Source: an uncultured Clostridia bacterium | GTDB lineage: Bacteria; Bacillota_I; Bacilli_A; RF39; UBA660 | Reading direction: 5' to 3' | Length of the DNA stretch: 64,000 nt | NCBI GenBank assembly: GCA_945871105.1 | Contig: CAMBUO010000003.1 | Span: 9,747 to 73,746 of the forward strand | Position numbers and translations under genes: made by a program | The notes under the pieces: generated by a model | Seen by the model: only the letters and a program-made list of their open reading frames with translations | Database searches by the model: none | What the model was told of the DNA's origin: nothing | Part shown: positions 46,421 to 56,007 of the stretch, piece after piece | How positions within the stretch are numbered: position 1 is the first letter of the stretch | Layout of the letters: every line of letters starts with the position of its first letter

Positions 46421-47545
46421 GTGAAAGAAAAAAATAAAATTAATTTAGTTATTTATTTATTTGTAGCTTTTGTTCTTGGAGGATTAGTAATGTACTATAT
46501 TGCAATTAATACTAATGTTTATCAAGAAAATAAAAGTGGAAATACGACAAATAATAGTTGTCGTGCTTGTAGTGGTACCATTATTGTTAATGATGGTTCT
46601 TTATCAGCAAGTGTTGAAAAGGTTTATGATGCTGTTATGATGATTCAAAATTATCAAAATAATGCTATTGCATCAACGGGAAGTGGATTTGTTTATAAAA
46701 CTGATGATAAATATGGTTATGTTTTAACAAATCATCATGTAATATCCGGAGCTACAAAGATTGTTTTAATTAGAAGTGATGATAAAGAAATAGAAGGTAC
46801 AGTTTTAGGAAGTGATGAATACTTAGATTTAGCAGTTGTTCGTATTAATAAAAGTGATGTCATTGATACAGCTAAAATTGGAACTAGTGAAAATTCTAAA
46901 TTAGGTGATACGGTATTTACAATTGGTTCACCATTAGGATATGAATATCGAGGAACAGTTACAGATGGTATTTTATCAGGAAAAGATCGTTTAGTTACCG
47001 TTAGTTTATCAGGTAGTAATATTAATGACTGGGTTATGAAAGTATTACAAACAAATGCAGCTGTTAATCCAGGAAACAGTGGTGGGCCACTTGTAAATGC
47101 AACTGGGGAAGTAATCGGAGTTATCTCTTTAAAATTAGTTCAAACAGAAGTAGAAAATATGGGATTTGCTATTCCAATTGAATATGCTATGAGTCATATT
47201 GATTCTTTAGAAAGTGGTAAAGCTATTGTTCGTCCTATGCTTGGAATTAGTATGTTAAATGTTACTGATACATATGCTTTATATCGAAGCGGTATCATGA
47301 TTAAAGACGATATTAAAGCTGGAGTTGTGGTTGTTGAAATAGCTAAAGATAGTGGAGCAAGTAAATCAGATTTACAAAAAGGTGATGTTGTTACTAAAAT
47401 TAATAACGAAAAAGTTGATAACATGGCTTATTTAAGATATGAATTATATAAATATAATGTTGGAGATAAAATAACAATTACTTACTTAAGAGATGGTAAA
47501 GAAAAAACAACAACTATTCAATTAACTGAATATAAAGAAGATTAA
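46421..47545 (+). CDS. htrA: HtrA/DegP-family serine protease with PDZ domain
   Basis: The GTG start lies 10 nt after the Abi stop. The catalytic triad context is TNHHV, DLAV and GNSGGPL. A C-terminal PDZ domain is present. Confidence 0.9.
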   Translation: MKEKNKINLVIYLFVAFVLGGLVMYYIAINTNVYQENKSGNTTNNSCRACSGTIIVNDGSLSASVEKVYDAVMMIQNYQNNAIASTGSGFVYKTDDKYGYVLTNHHVISGATKIVLIRSDDKEIEGTVLGSDEYLDLAVVRINKSDVIDTAKIGTSENSKLGDTVFTIGSPLGYEYRGTVTDGILSGKDRLVTVSLSGSNINDWVMKVLQTNAAVNPGNSGGPLVNATGEVIGVISLKLVQTEVENMGFAIPIEYAMSHIDSLESGKAIVRPMLGISMLNVTDTYALYRSGIMIKDDIKAGVVVVEIAKDSGASKSDLQKGDVVTKINNEKVDNMAYLRYELYKYNVGDKITITYLRDGKEKTTTIQLTEYKED

Positions 47546-47583
47546 AAAAATAGCTAATGATTAAATTCATTAGTTATTTTTTT
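47545..47583. terminator. Bidirectional terminator between htrA and the LysM gene
   Basis: A 9-bp stem (agctaatga / tcattagtt, one G-U pair) with a 6-nt loop, an A-run and a T-run. Confidence 0.6.
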
Positions 47584-48220
47584 AGATTCTACTAGGAATT
47601 AAAATAATTTGACCAACGGTTACATCATCAGTTAATAAATTATTAGCTTTCATAATGTTTTCAACAGTTGTATTGTATCTAAGAGCAATACCTTCTAAAG
47701 TATCATTAGTTCTAATAACGTAGGTTTGATAATTGCTTGTACCAGGAATTAAAATTGTTTCACCTATTTTTAACATATTAGTATTTAAATTATTAATTCT
47801 TTTAATTTCATCAACATTGGTATTATATCGTTTAGCTATATTATATAAAGTATCACCTGGTTTAATTATATATTGAATATTATTATTAGTTTGATTATTA
47901 ATAGGTATTAATAATTGTTCTCCAATATGTAAAAGAGTAGATCCTTGTTGATTAAAATTAATTAATTCATCTAAAGTAATATTATAATTTTTAGCAATAT
48001 CATATAAATTATCGCCTTTTTTAATAGTATAAATTAAATAATCTCCAGGGATAGTTTCTTCTACTAAAGATGTTGGTAGTTTTAAAATTTGTCCTACTTG
48101 TAAAATATTAGAACTTAAATTATTTAAAGCTTTTAATATACCGACTGTTGTATTATATTCTTTAGCAATATCATATAAATTATCATTTTTCTTTACAATA
48201 TATGTGTTTTCCATTTTCAC
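47582..48220 (-). CDS. Protein consisting of four LysM repeats, with no signal peptide and no catalytic domain
   Basis: There are four ~45-aa units of the form Y.[IV]KKGD.LY.IAK.YN.....L...NNL....L..GQ.L.IP. Confidence 0.85.
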   Translation of the reverse strand: MKMENTYIVKKNDNLYDIAKEYNTTVGILKALNNLSSNILQVGQILKLPTSLVEETIPGDYLIYTIKKGDNLYDIAKNYNITLDELINFNQQGSTLLHIGEQLLIPINNQTNNNIQYIIKPGDTLYNIAKRYNTNVDEIKRINNLNTNMLKIGETILIPGTSNYQTYVIRTNDTLEGIALRYNTTVENIMKANNLLTDDVTVGQIILIPSRI

Positions 48221-48248
48221 CTCGTTTAATTATATGCAAGAAAAAACA

Positions 48249-49232
48249 TTATTTGCTTGGACTAGCAAATAATGTATTATTATAATAACGAATAGTAGCA
48301 TCACGATAAGAAGTAGAAGAAATAGGAATATCATGTTCTTTTAAGAAACTAACAATCTTTTCTTTATCTTCTAAAGACATTTCGATTAAATTACCATCAA
48401 TATTGATAATTAATTTATCAGTAAATATATTTTGAATTGCTTTATCTGAATAATTTTTAATACTTTTAAAATTAGATACGTAAATACGTAATAATTTAGC
48501 ATCTTTAGGATCTAAAATTTGATCTCCTGCTTGGGTAATTTCATCAAAACTATAATTAGTTAAAGTAAGAAAATCAATTATACTAAAATTATCACCTAAT
48601 TCTTTAATTTTATTTAAAATAGTATAAACATCATCTTTAATAGTTTCTTTTTGCATTTCTTCTTTTAATTTAAGAGTTTCTATTAATTCTTGATAAAAAA
48701 TAGGTTCTATTGATTTAATCTTTGTCATGTAATTTTTAAAAGATGAGATTTTAATACCAGTTTGAAAGCAAAACCTTTTTAAACTATAATCAGAATCCAT
48801 GAAAGATTGCATAACTTGATTATAATAAGAAGTACTAGTTGTATAAATATTAACTTTCTTTTGATCATTTAAATATGCTTGATAAATATTTAATTTTCTT
48901 TGTAATTCATTTTTTAATACTTCATTAAAGAGCATATCAGGTCGATATAATAAAATATATTCTTGTAAATTATTTTTTAATTCTTTAAATGGATAATCAA
49001 TATTATTTAAAAAATCGATAATTAAATCTGAATCATGTAATAAATCTAATTTATCAAAGATAATAGCATAAGCAGAACGTGATTTATGCTCATTAATATA
49101 TTTTAATATAAGTATTAAAAAAGTTTCTAATTCAATATCTAAACTTTTAGCATAATCATTTAAAATATTTCTATTACCATAGGATAGTATATATGCTTGA
49201 TAAGCATTTTCTAAATTAATAGCATTTTTCAT
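48249..49232 (-). CDS. Hypothetical protein
   Basis: 327-aa ORF co-directional with dut and the LysM gene. No recognisable motif. Confidence 0.5.
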   Translation of the reverse strand: MKNAINLENAYQAYILSYGNRNILNDYAKSLDIELETFLILILKYINEHKSRSAYAIIFDKLDLLHDSDLIIDFLNNIDYPFKELKNNLQEYILLYRPDMLFNEVLKNELQRKLNIYQAYLNDQKKVNIYTTSTSYYNQVMQSFMDSDYSLKRFCFQTGIKISSFKNYMTKIKSIEPIFYQELIETLKLKEEMQKETIKDDVYTILNKIKELGDNFSIIDFLTLTNYSFDEITQAGDQILDPKDAKLLRIYVSNFKSIKNYSDKAIQNIFTDKLIINIDGNLIEMSLEDKEKIVSFLKEHDIPISSTSYRDATIRYYNNTLFASPSK

Positions 49233-49304
49233 ATAATAGCCCCCTTTATAACTTTAGTATTATAGCATAAAAATAAGAAAAAGCAAGAAAAAAATGCTTA
49301 ATCA

Positions 49305-49748
49305 TTAAGCATTAGTAGAGCCGAAACCAGCAGTTCCTCTAGTAGTATCATCTAATTCATCAGTTTCTTGAAAATTAACTTTAAGATAAGGAGTAAAAAT
49401 AATTTGCGCAATTCTTTCATTTTTAGTAATTATTTGTGTTTCTTTTGATTGATTAAATAAAGGCACTTTAATTTCTCCCCGATAGTCAGAATCAATGACT
49501 CCAACTTTATTAGCAGGAGCAAGTCCTTTTTTGGAACCAAGTGAGCTTCTTGCATAGATTAAACCAGCATAACCAGTTGGAATAGCCATAGCAAGACCGG
49601 TACCAATCATAACAGTTTCGCCTGGTTTAATTTCTAAATCTTCATCAAGTAAAGCATATAAATCAGCACCAGCTGAATATTCCGTTCCATAAGTAGGAAT
49701 AATTGCCTTTTCATCTAATTTTTTAATTTTTAATTCTTCTAATTTCAT
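49305..49748 (-). CDS. dut: dUTP diphosphatase
   Basis: SAGADL, ARSSLG, GVIDSDYRGE and a C-terminal RGTAGFGST. Confidence 0.93.
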   Translation of the reverse strand: MKLEELKIKKLDEKAIIPTYGTEYSAGADLYALLDEDLEIKPGETVMIGTGLAMAIPTGYAGLIYARSSLGSKKGLAPANKVGVIDSDYRGEIKVPLFNQSKETQIITKNERIAQIIFTPYLKVNFQETDELDDTTRGTAGFGSTNA

Positions 49749-50273
49749 TTAATTTCTCCTTGCATTTTTTTCATGTAAAACAATTTTTTTACTTTTTAAA
49801 GTTTTTTTCATATCAATTACTCTTTGATTACTTGATCCTCTAAAGTATAAATTAGGATCTTTTAAACTTTCAACAAATTTTCCATCAACTAAAACATCAA
49901 TTAAACTAAGAATTTCTTTCGTTTCCGGATAATCCATTTCTTTTAATTCATCATATAAGTAACCAGAGTAAGCCCAGATAGTTTTTTCAGGATAAACTTC
50001 TTTAACTTTTTTTAGAAGAGGAAGAAGGCCTTTTTGATTAATAAGTTCAAAAGGTTCTCCTCCAAGAAGTGATAAACCTGTTATATAATCATGATTCATC
50101 GCTTCAATAATTTCTTGAATTGTATCTTCAGTAAAATCATTACCATAGTTAAAATCCCAAGCTTCACTATTAAAGCAACCTTCACAATGGTGATGACAAC
50201 CAGAAACAAAGATACTTACTCGAACTCCTGGTCCATTAGCAACATCCGTTTTTTTTATTTTTGCATATTTCAT
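49749..50273 (-). CDS. nrdG: Anaerobic ribonucleoside-triphosphate reductase activating protein
   Basis: DVANGPGVRVSIFVSGCHHHCEGCFN is a radical SAM cluster. The gene is adjacent to nrdD. Confidence 0.92.
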   Translation of the reverse strand: MKYAKIKKTDVANGPGVRVSIFVSGCHHHCEGCFNSEAWDFNYGNDFTEDTIQEIIEAMNHDYITGLSLLGGEPFELINQKGLLPLLKKVKEVYPEKTIWAYSGYLYDELKEMDYPETKEILSLIDVLVDGKFVESLKDPNLYFRGSSNQRVIDMKKTLKSKKIVLHEKNARRN

Positions 50274-50281
50274 AAATCCCC

Positions 50282-52408
50282 CTATAAGTGTAATACACGG
50301 GCTTTTATTTCTTTAGTTTTACCAACATTCCAGAAGTTTTCTCCTAAATAACCACATGTACGACGAGTAACATTCATTTTATTTTTGTCTTTGTTATGAC
50401 AGTTAGGACATTCCCATTCTAAATTATCATTAATAATAATTTCTCCATCATAACCACAAACATGACAATAATCACTCTTAGTATTAAATTCAGCATATTG
50501 AATATTATTATAAATAAATTTAACTAGTTCTTCTAAAGCTTCTAAGTTATTTTGCATATTAGGTATTTCTACATAAGAAATAGCACCACCTGTTGATAAA
50601 ACTTGGAAATCACTTTCAAATTTTAATTTATCAAAAGCATTTATTTCTTCACGAACATCAACATGATAAGAATTAGTATAATATCCTTTATCAGTTATAT
50701 CTTTGATATCTCCAAATTTTTCTTTATCAATACGGGCAAAACGATAACATAAAGATTCAGCTGGAGTACCATATAAAGCAAAGCCAAGACCAGTTTCTTT
50801 TTTCCATTTTGCACAAGTGTCTTTTAATTTTTTCATAACTTTAAGAGCAAATTCTTTTCCTACTGGATCAGTATGAGAAACACCTTTCATAGCCATAGTC
50901 ATTTCATAAATACCAATATAACCAAGAGAAAGAGTAGAGTAACCATCTTTTAATAATTTATCAATTGGTTCATTTTTACCAAGTCTAGCAATTGCTCCAT
51001 ATTGCCAATGAACAGGACTAACATCAGATAAAGTACCAAGTAAAGCATGATGACGACACATTAAAGCTTCATAACATAATTCTAATCTTTCATCTAATAA
51101 TCTAAAGAATTCATCTTCATCTTTATTAGCTAAAATAGCAATTTGTGGTAAATTAATGGAAACAACACCTTGATTAAATCTTCCTTCAAATTTATAATTA
51201 CCATCTTTATCTTTCCAAGGAGATAAGAAACTACGACATCCCATTGGACTAAAGACATTTCCTTCATAATTTTCACGCATTTTAGGAGCGCTAATATAAT
51301 CAGGATATAATCTCTTACTAGAACATTTAACAGCTAAATGGGTTAAATAATCATATTTACCACCATTTAAACAATTGTTTTCATCTAAAACATAAATTAA
51401 TTTAGGAAAAGCAGGGGTTATATAAACACCTTTTTCATTTTTAATACCTTTATATCTTTGATTTAGAATTTCTTCAATAATCATAGCTGTATAATCAATA
51501 TAAGGATCATCTTTATCTAAGTACATAAAAATAGTAACAAAAGGAGATTGACCATTCGTAGTCATTAAAGTATTAATTTGATATTGAATAGTTTGCACAC
51601 CAGATGATAATTCTTCTTTTAAACGATCCTGAACTAATTCTTCAATTTCTTTTTTAGTAATTTTTCCTTTATATTTTTCGGTTAATTTACTTCTAAATTT
51701 ATCTTCACTTCTTTTTAAATATTTTCCAAGATGTCTGATATCAACTGATTGCCCACCATATTGACTACTAGCAACCGCTGCAATAATTTGCGTTAAAACA
51801 GTACAAGCAACTTGAAAACTTTTAGGACTTTCAATTAATTTACCATTCATAACAGTTCCATTATCAAGCATATCAGCAACATTAATTAAACAACAATTAA
51901 AAATAGGTTGTAAGAAATAATCAGCATCATGGAAGTGTAAAATACCATTTTCATGTGCTTCACTAATCTTTTCTGGTAATAAAATTCTTTTTGTTAAATC
52001 CTTAGATACTTCACCAGCAATTAAATCTCTTTGCGTAGAAGCAACAACGGCATTTTTATTAGAATTTTCTTCCATAACTTCTTTATTACTATTTTTAATT
52101 AAAGTTAAAATAGATTCATCAGTTGTATTAGCTTTTCTAATTAATTCTCTTTCATAACGATATAACATATAAGCTTTAGATAACTCATATTTATTAGCTT
52201 CAACTAACTTTCTTTCAATTATATCTTGAACATCTTCAACTAATAATCTTTTCTTTTTTAAAGATTCAATATATTTAATTATACTATCAATTTCTTTATC
52301 ACTAGCCATATCTTCTTCACTAACATCATTGTTAGCTTTTTTAATAGCTGTTCTTATTTTTTCGCGATCATATTCAACAACACGACCATCTCTTTTTATA
52401 ATTTTCAT
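50282..52408 (-). CDS. nrdD: Anaerobic ribonucleoside-triphosphate reductase
   Basis: N-terminal ATP cone, C-terminal zinc site (CHVCGY...CPNC) and glycyl-radical motif RRTCGYLG. Confidence 0.95.
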   Translation of the reverse strand: MKIIKRDGRVVEYDREKIRTAIKKANNDVSEEDMASDKEIDSIIKYIESLKKKRLLVEDVQDIIERKLVEANKYELSKAYMLYRYERELIRKANTTDESILTLIKNSNKEVMEENSNKNAVVASTQRDLIAGEVSKDLTKRILLPEKISEAHENGILHFHDADYFLQPIFNCCLINVADMLDNGTVMNGKLIESPKSFQVACTVLTQIIAAVASSQYGGQSVDIRHLGKYLKRSEDKFRSKLTEKYKGKITKKEIEELVQDRLKEELSSGVQTIQYQINTLMTTNGQSPFVTIFMYLDKDDPYIDYTAMIIEEILNQRYKGIKNEKGVYITPAFPKLIYVLDENNCLNGGKYDYLTHLAVKCSSKRLYPDYISAPKMRENYEGNVFSPMGCRSFLSPWKDKDGNYKFEGRFNQGVVSINLPQIAILANKDEDEFFRLLDERLELCYEALMCRHHALLGTLSDVSPVHWQYGAIARLGKNEPIDKLLKDGYSTLSLGYIGIYEMTMAMKGVSHTDPVGKEFALKVMKKLKDTCAKWKKETGLGFALYGTPAESLCYRFARIDKEKFGDIKDITDKGYYTNSYHVDVREEINAFDKLKFESDFQVLSTGGAISYVEIPNMQNNLEALEELVKFIYNNIQYAEFNTKSDYCHVCGYDGEIIINDNLEWECPNCHNKDKNKMNVTRRTCGYLGENFWNVGKTKEIKARVLHL

Positions 52409-52465
52409 AATTCACCTACTACTTTCTTTTATAGGTCAAGTATAACAGACAAATTTTAGAATTAA

Positions 52466-52496
52466 TGTTGCAATTGCAACAAATTTAAAATATAAT
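52466..52496 (+). promoter_or_regulatory. 16-bp perfect palindrome TGTTGCAATTGCAACA overlapping the -35 of the Crp/Fnr gene promoter
   Basis: The palindrome is at 52466..52481. The promoter is TTGCAA (52468..52473), 17-nt spacer, TATAAT (52491..52496). It lies in the nrdD / crp-like divergent intergenic region. Confidence 0.6.
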
Positions 52497-52545
52497 TAAA
52501 TTAATCAAAAAAGTACTTATTTTATAAAGAAAAGAGAGGTGTCAA

Positions 52546-53181
52546 ATGGAAGTAAAATCAATTTTTGAAGGAATCGAAGAAGAAGATATAAAAAAAATGT
52601 TAAAATGTTTTGATGCTAAAACCAGAACTTTTAAAAAAGATCGAACTATTGTAACTAATATAATTAATATTAAAATGATAGGTATTATCTTAGAAGGAAC
52701 AGCTAATGTTGAAAGATACGATTATAATGGTAATAGATCTATTATTGAAAAATTAGAAAAAAATAGTGTTTTTGGTGAAGTATTTTCAAGACTTGGTAGT
52801 GATATTTCCGTTATTGCCACGAGTGACTGCGAAGTATTATTTATTGAATATGAACACTTAATAAAAAGATGTAAAAAAGGTTGTATTTATCACAGTATTC
52901 TAACTAATAATGTTTTACAATTATTATCCAAAAAAATAGTTGATTTAAATAAAAGATTAGAAATACTATCCAAAAGAACAATAAGAGATAAATTATTATC
53001 ATACTTTGAATTACTAGCTAATAATAATCCCAAGAGAAGTTTTAATTTACCATTTACTTATACCGATTTAGCTGATTATTTATCTATAGATAGAAGTGCT
53101 ATGATGAGAGAAATAAAAAATTTAAAAGAAGAAGGTTTTATTGAAACAAATGGTAAAAAAATAACTTTAAAATCTTACTAA
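52546..53181 (+). CDS. Crp/Fnr-family transcriptional regulator
   Basis: A cNMP-binding-like beta-barrel N-terminal domain is followed by a C-terminal HTH (FTYTDLADYLSIDRSAMMREIKNLKEEG). There is no N-terminal Cys cluster. Confidence 0.85.
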   Translation: MEVKSIFEGIEEEDIKKMLKCFDAKTRTFKKDRTIVTNIINIKMIGIILEGTANVERYDYNGNRSIIEKLEKNSVFGEVFSRLGSDISVIATSDCEVLFIEYEHLIKRCKKGCIYHSILTNNVLQLLSKKIVDLNKRLEILSKRTIRDKLLSYFELLANNNPKRSFNLPFTYTDLADYLSIDRSAMMREIKNLKEEGFIETNGKKITLKSY

Positions 53182-53310
53182 AATATCTTGATTAAATAAT
53201 AAACTTATAGTAATAATTAAATAAATTTAAATTATCTATCTTAATAATATCATCCTTAATTAGTATTAAAAGTATGTAATAATTATAAAAAAATATATAA
53301 AATAATTATA

Positions 53311-53349
53311 AAAAAGTAATTTAAAGTTTTGTCTTTAGATTACTTTTTT
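53311..53349. terminator. Bidirectional terminator between the crp-like gene and metK
   Basis: A 12-bp stem (agtaatttaaag / ctttagattact, one G-U pair) with a 6-nt loop, flanked by A5 and T6. Confidence 0.7.
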
Positions 53350-53369
53350 AGTTTTAAATATATAAATAG

Positions 53370-54491
53370 TTAGTTTAAATATTTTTTTAGTATATTTACT
53401 TTATTTAATTGTTCCCAAGGTAAGTAATTTTTACCAAAATGGGAATAGTTAGTAGTATCTTGGTATTTAATGTTTTTTAAATTTAATTCTTTTATCATAT
53501 TATTTGGAGAAAAGTTAAAGTTTTCTTTTATTATTTCTAATATTTTTTCATTTGGTAATTTATTAGTATTAAAAGTATTTATATTTAAAGATATTTCTTT
53601 TGGTATTCCGATAGCATAGGAAACTTGTAATTCTATTTTTTTAGCAAGACCGGCTGCTACAATATTTTTACAAACATATCTAGCATAATAACTTGCTGTT
53701 CTATCAACCTTGGTATAATCTTTACCAGAAAAAGCACCGCCTCCATGTTTTGAAAATCCAGAATAGGTATCAATTATTATTTTTCTTCCAGTTAAACCTG
53801 TATCAGCTACTGGCCCACCTAAAATAAATCTTCCAGTTGGATTAATTAATATTTTTGTTTTATTATCTATTAAATTACTTGGTATTACTTTTTTTATTAT
53901 ATTTTCTTTTATATCTTTTTTAATTATATCTATATCTATATCATCAGTTTGAATAGATATAACAATAGTATCAATTCTTATTAATTTATTATTTTCATAT
54001 TCAGTTGTTATTTGACATTTACCATCTGGTCTTAAGTAACTTAAATTAGTATTATCTAAAGCTTTAGCTAAATTATTAACTAATATTTGAGTAGTAGGTA
54101 AGTAATATTCATTTTCATCAGTTGCATAGCCAAACATAATACCTTGATCACCGGCACCTAATTCTTTTTGATTAACACCTTGACTAATATCTGGAGATTG
54201 TTTAGTAATATGAATATCTATTTTTAAATTATTACCATTATAATTTAACTTATCATCATTGTAACCAATCTCTATTATTTTCTTTCTAACTAAACTTTCT
54301 AAATCTGGTTTACCTTTTGAAGTAACTTCACCGGAAATGAATATTCCTTCTTTATAAGCCATAACTTCAACAGCAACTCTGGAATCCTTATCTTCTTCTA
54401 AATAAGCATCCAAAATAGCATCACTTAATAAATCACATATTTTATCTGGATGACCCTTTCTTACACATTCACTTGTAAATAAATTTTTCAT
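53370..54491 (-). CDS. metK: S-adenosylmethionine synthase (bacterial MetK type)
   Basis: FTSECVRKGHPDKICD, GAGDQGIMFGYA, GGGAFSGKD and DRTASYYAR. Confidence 0.96.
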   Translation of the reverse strand: MKNLFTSECVRKGHPDKICDLLSDAILDAYLEEDKDSRVAVEVMAYKEGIFISGEVTSKGKPDLESLVRKKIIEIGYNDDKLNYNGNNLKIDIHITKQSPDISQGVNQKELGAGDQGIMFGYATDENEYYLPTTQILVNNLAKALDNTNLSYLRPDGKCQITTEYENNKLIRIDTIVISIQTDDIDIDIIKKDIKENIIKKVIPSNLIDNKTKILINPTGRFILGGPVADTGLTGRKIIIDTYSGFSKHGGGAFSGKDYTKVDRTASYYARYVCKNIVAAGLAKKIELQVSYAIGIPKEISLNINTFNTNKLPNEKILEIIKENFNFSPNNMIKELNLKNIKYQDTTNYSHFGKNYLPWEQLNKVNILKKYLN

Positions 54492-54512
54492 ATATACCTC
54501 CTTTTACTTATA

Positions 54513-54632
54513 AAAAGAAAAAAACTTAGGCATATCCTAAGTTAGATATCCTTATCCATCAGGGTTTAGCACCTAATTTAATAGGTTGCTGGATTTCCTA
54601 GGGCCTGTCCCTCCATCTCTCTTTATAAGGTT
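54513..54632 (-). promoter_or_regulatory. SAM-I (S-box) riboswitch with intrinsic terminator in the metK leader
   Basis: The minus-strand aptamer is CTTATAAAGAGAGATGGAGGGACAGGCCCTAGGAAATCCAGCAACCTATTAAATTAGGTGCTAAACCCTGATGGATAAGG (54550..54630). The terminator is aacttagg/cctaagtt followed by a U-run (54513..54543). Confidence 0.9.
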
Positions 54633-54671
54633 TTTATTTACAAATTAAGTTTATCATATTATTGATATTTG

Positions 54672-55793
54672 TCAATTACTTTTTAATTCTTTTATGGTTT
54701 TCAAAACAAATTCATTTATTTCATCTAATTTAGATTCTATATCTTGTAATAAAATATATTGATTTAAAAATCTATCTTTATTATGTTCTTTATATTTTAT
54801 TTTAAAATAAGTATCTCCATTTATATAATCAGTTAAAAAACGAAGAACTAATTCATAAGTTAAAATTTTAATCGATAGACCAATATAATTAATTTCCTCT
54901 TGAGTTAAAATATTATGAGTTTCTTCTAAAAATCCTTTTAAATAAGCCTTTGTTAAATCTAAATTTAAATAGATTTTATCTTTATCAATTTCATCTTCAA
55001 AAGAATTACTACAAGTAGATCTTATACCATCTCCAATATCAAATAAAATAGATCCAGGCATTACGGTATCTAAATCAATAATAGCAATACCTATATTTGT
55101 ATTTTTATTCATTAAAATATTATTTAACTTTGTATCATTATGGGTAACTCTAATAGGAATACTTTTTCCTAAATTATCAATTATTATACTACATTCTTTA
55201 ATTTTAGAAATTAAATCAATTATTTCTTTAGAAAAATCATAAGCTCTATTAGTTACTTTATTTTCTATACTATCTAAAAAATCTTGAAAACGTTTTTTAG
55301 TATTATGAAAATCTTTAATTGTTTCACTTAATAAATTACAAGGAAAATCATTCAATAAATTTTGAAAATTACCAAAACTTTTACCTGCTTCATAAGCAAG
55401 TTTTAAAGCATCTTGACATTTTTCAAAAGAATCATAACTAGTACAATCTTCTATAAAATCAAAAGCTCGATAATATTCTTTTTCTCCATCTGAATTAATA
55501 TATGTATACATATTTTCATTATTAATAGTTTTAATAATATTTAAAGTTTTATGAGTATTATCTTTTAAATTCTTTAATTTCTTTTTAATATGTTTAGTTA
55601 CAAGTTCAATATTTTTCATAACTAAATAAGGTTCTGTAAAAACATTAGAATTTATTTTTTGTAATAAATATTTATTATGATCATAGGTTAAGATATATGT
55701 TTTATTAATATTACCTTGATTATTTTCTTCAATATTAATTAAATTTCCTTTAAATTTAAAATTGTTTGCAATTTCTTTTACTTTTTTATTCAT
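54672..55793 (-). CDS. APH-fold phosphotransferase (N-acetylhexosamine-1-kinase-like)
   Basis: Catalytic loop RVTHNDTKLNNILM and metal-binding IDLDTVMPGSILFDIGD. The ORF-track alternative start is at 55805. Confidence 0.65.
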   Translation of the reverse strand: MNKKVKEIANNFKFKGNLINIEENNQGNINKTYILTYDHNKYLLQKINSNVFTEPYLVMKNIELVTKHIKKKLKNLKDNTHKTLNIIKTINNENMYTYINSDGEKEYYRAFDFIEDCTSYDSFEKCQDALKLAYEAGKSFGNFQNLLNDFPCNLLSETIKDFHNTKKRFQDFLDSIENKVTNRAYDFSKEIIDLISKIKECSIIIDNLGKSIPIRVTHNDTKLNNILMNKNTNIGIAIIDLDTVMPGSILFDIGDGIRSTCSNSFEDEIDKDKIYLNLDLTKAYLKGFLEETHNILTQEEINYIGLSIKILTYELVLRFLTDYINGDTYFKIKYKEHNKDRFLNQYILLQDIESKLDEINEFVLKTIKELKSN

Positions 55794-55875
55794 CTTTATC
55801 ACCAAAGTTATTATATTGAAAAATAAAAAAAAGTCTACCTTTTTTATAAATATATGTTATAATTATAAATGTCTT

Positions 55876-55959
55876 CCTTGTGTGGCGGAATTGGTAGACG
55901 CGCACGACTCAAAATCGTGTATCTTTGATGTGAGGGTTCGATTCCCTCCACAAGGACCA
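55876..55959 (+). tRNA. tRNA-Leu (anticodon CAA), CCA encoded
   Basis: Acceptor arms CCTTGTG/CACAAGG, D-arm GGCGGAATTGGTAGACGC, anticodon loop CUCAAAA, a long variable arm, T-arm GGGTTCGATTCCC, and a 3' ACCA. Confidence 0.93.
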
Positions 55960-55968
55960 TTAGTAATT

Positions 55969-55992
55969 AACTAGCGTTTGTCTAGTTTTTTT
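55969..55992 (+). terminator. Terminator after tRNA-Leu
   Basis: Stem aactag/ctagtt with a 7-nt loop and a T-run. Confidence 0.5.
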
Positions 55993-56007
55993 GAATAAAG
56001 AGGGAAT

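Noticed and set aside
55762-55974. 70-aa ORF on the plus strand.
   Set aside because: It runs across the start of the kinase gene and straight through tRNA-Leu(CAA) (55876..55959). The tRNA cloverleaf explains the sequence.
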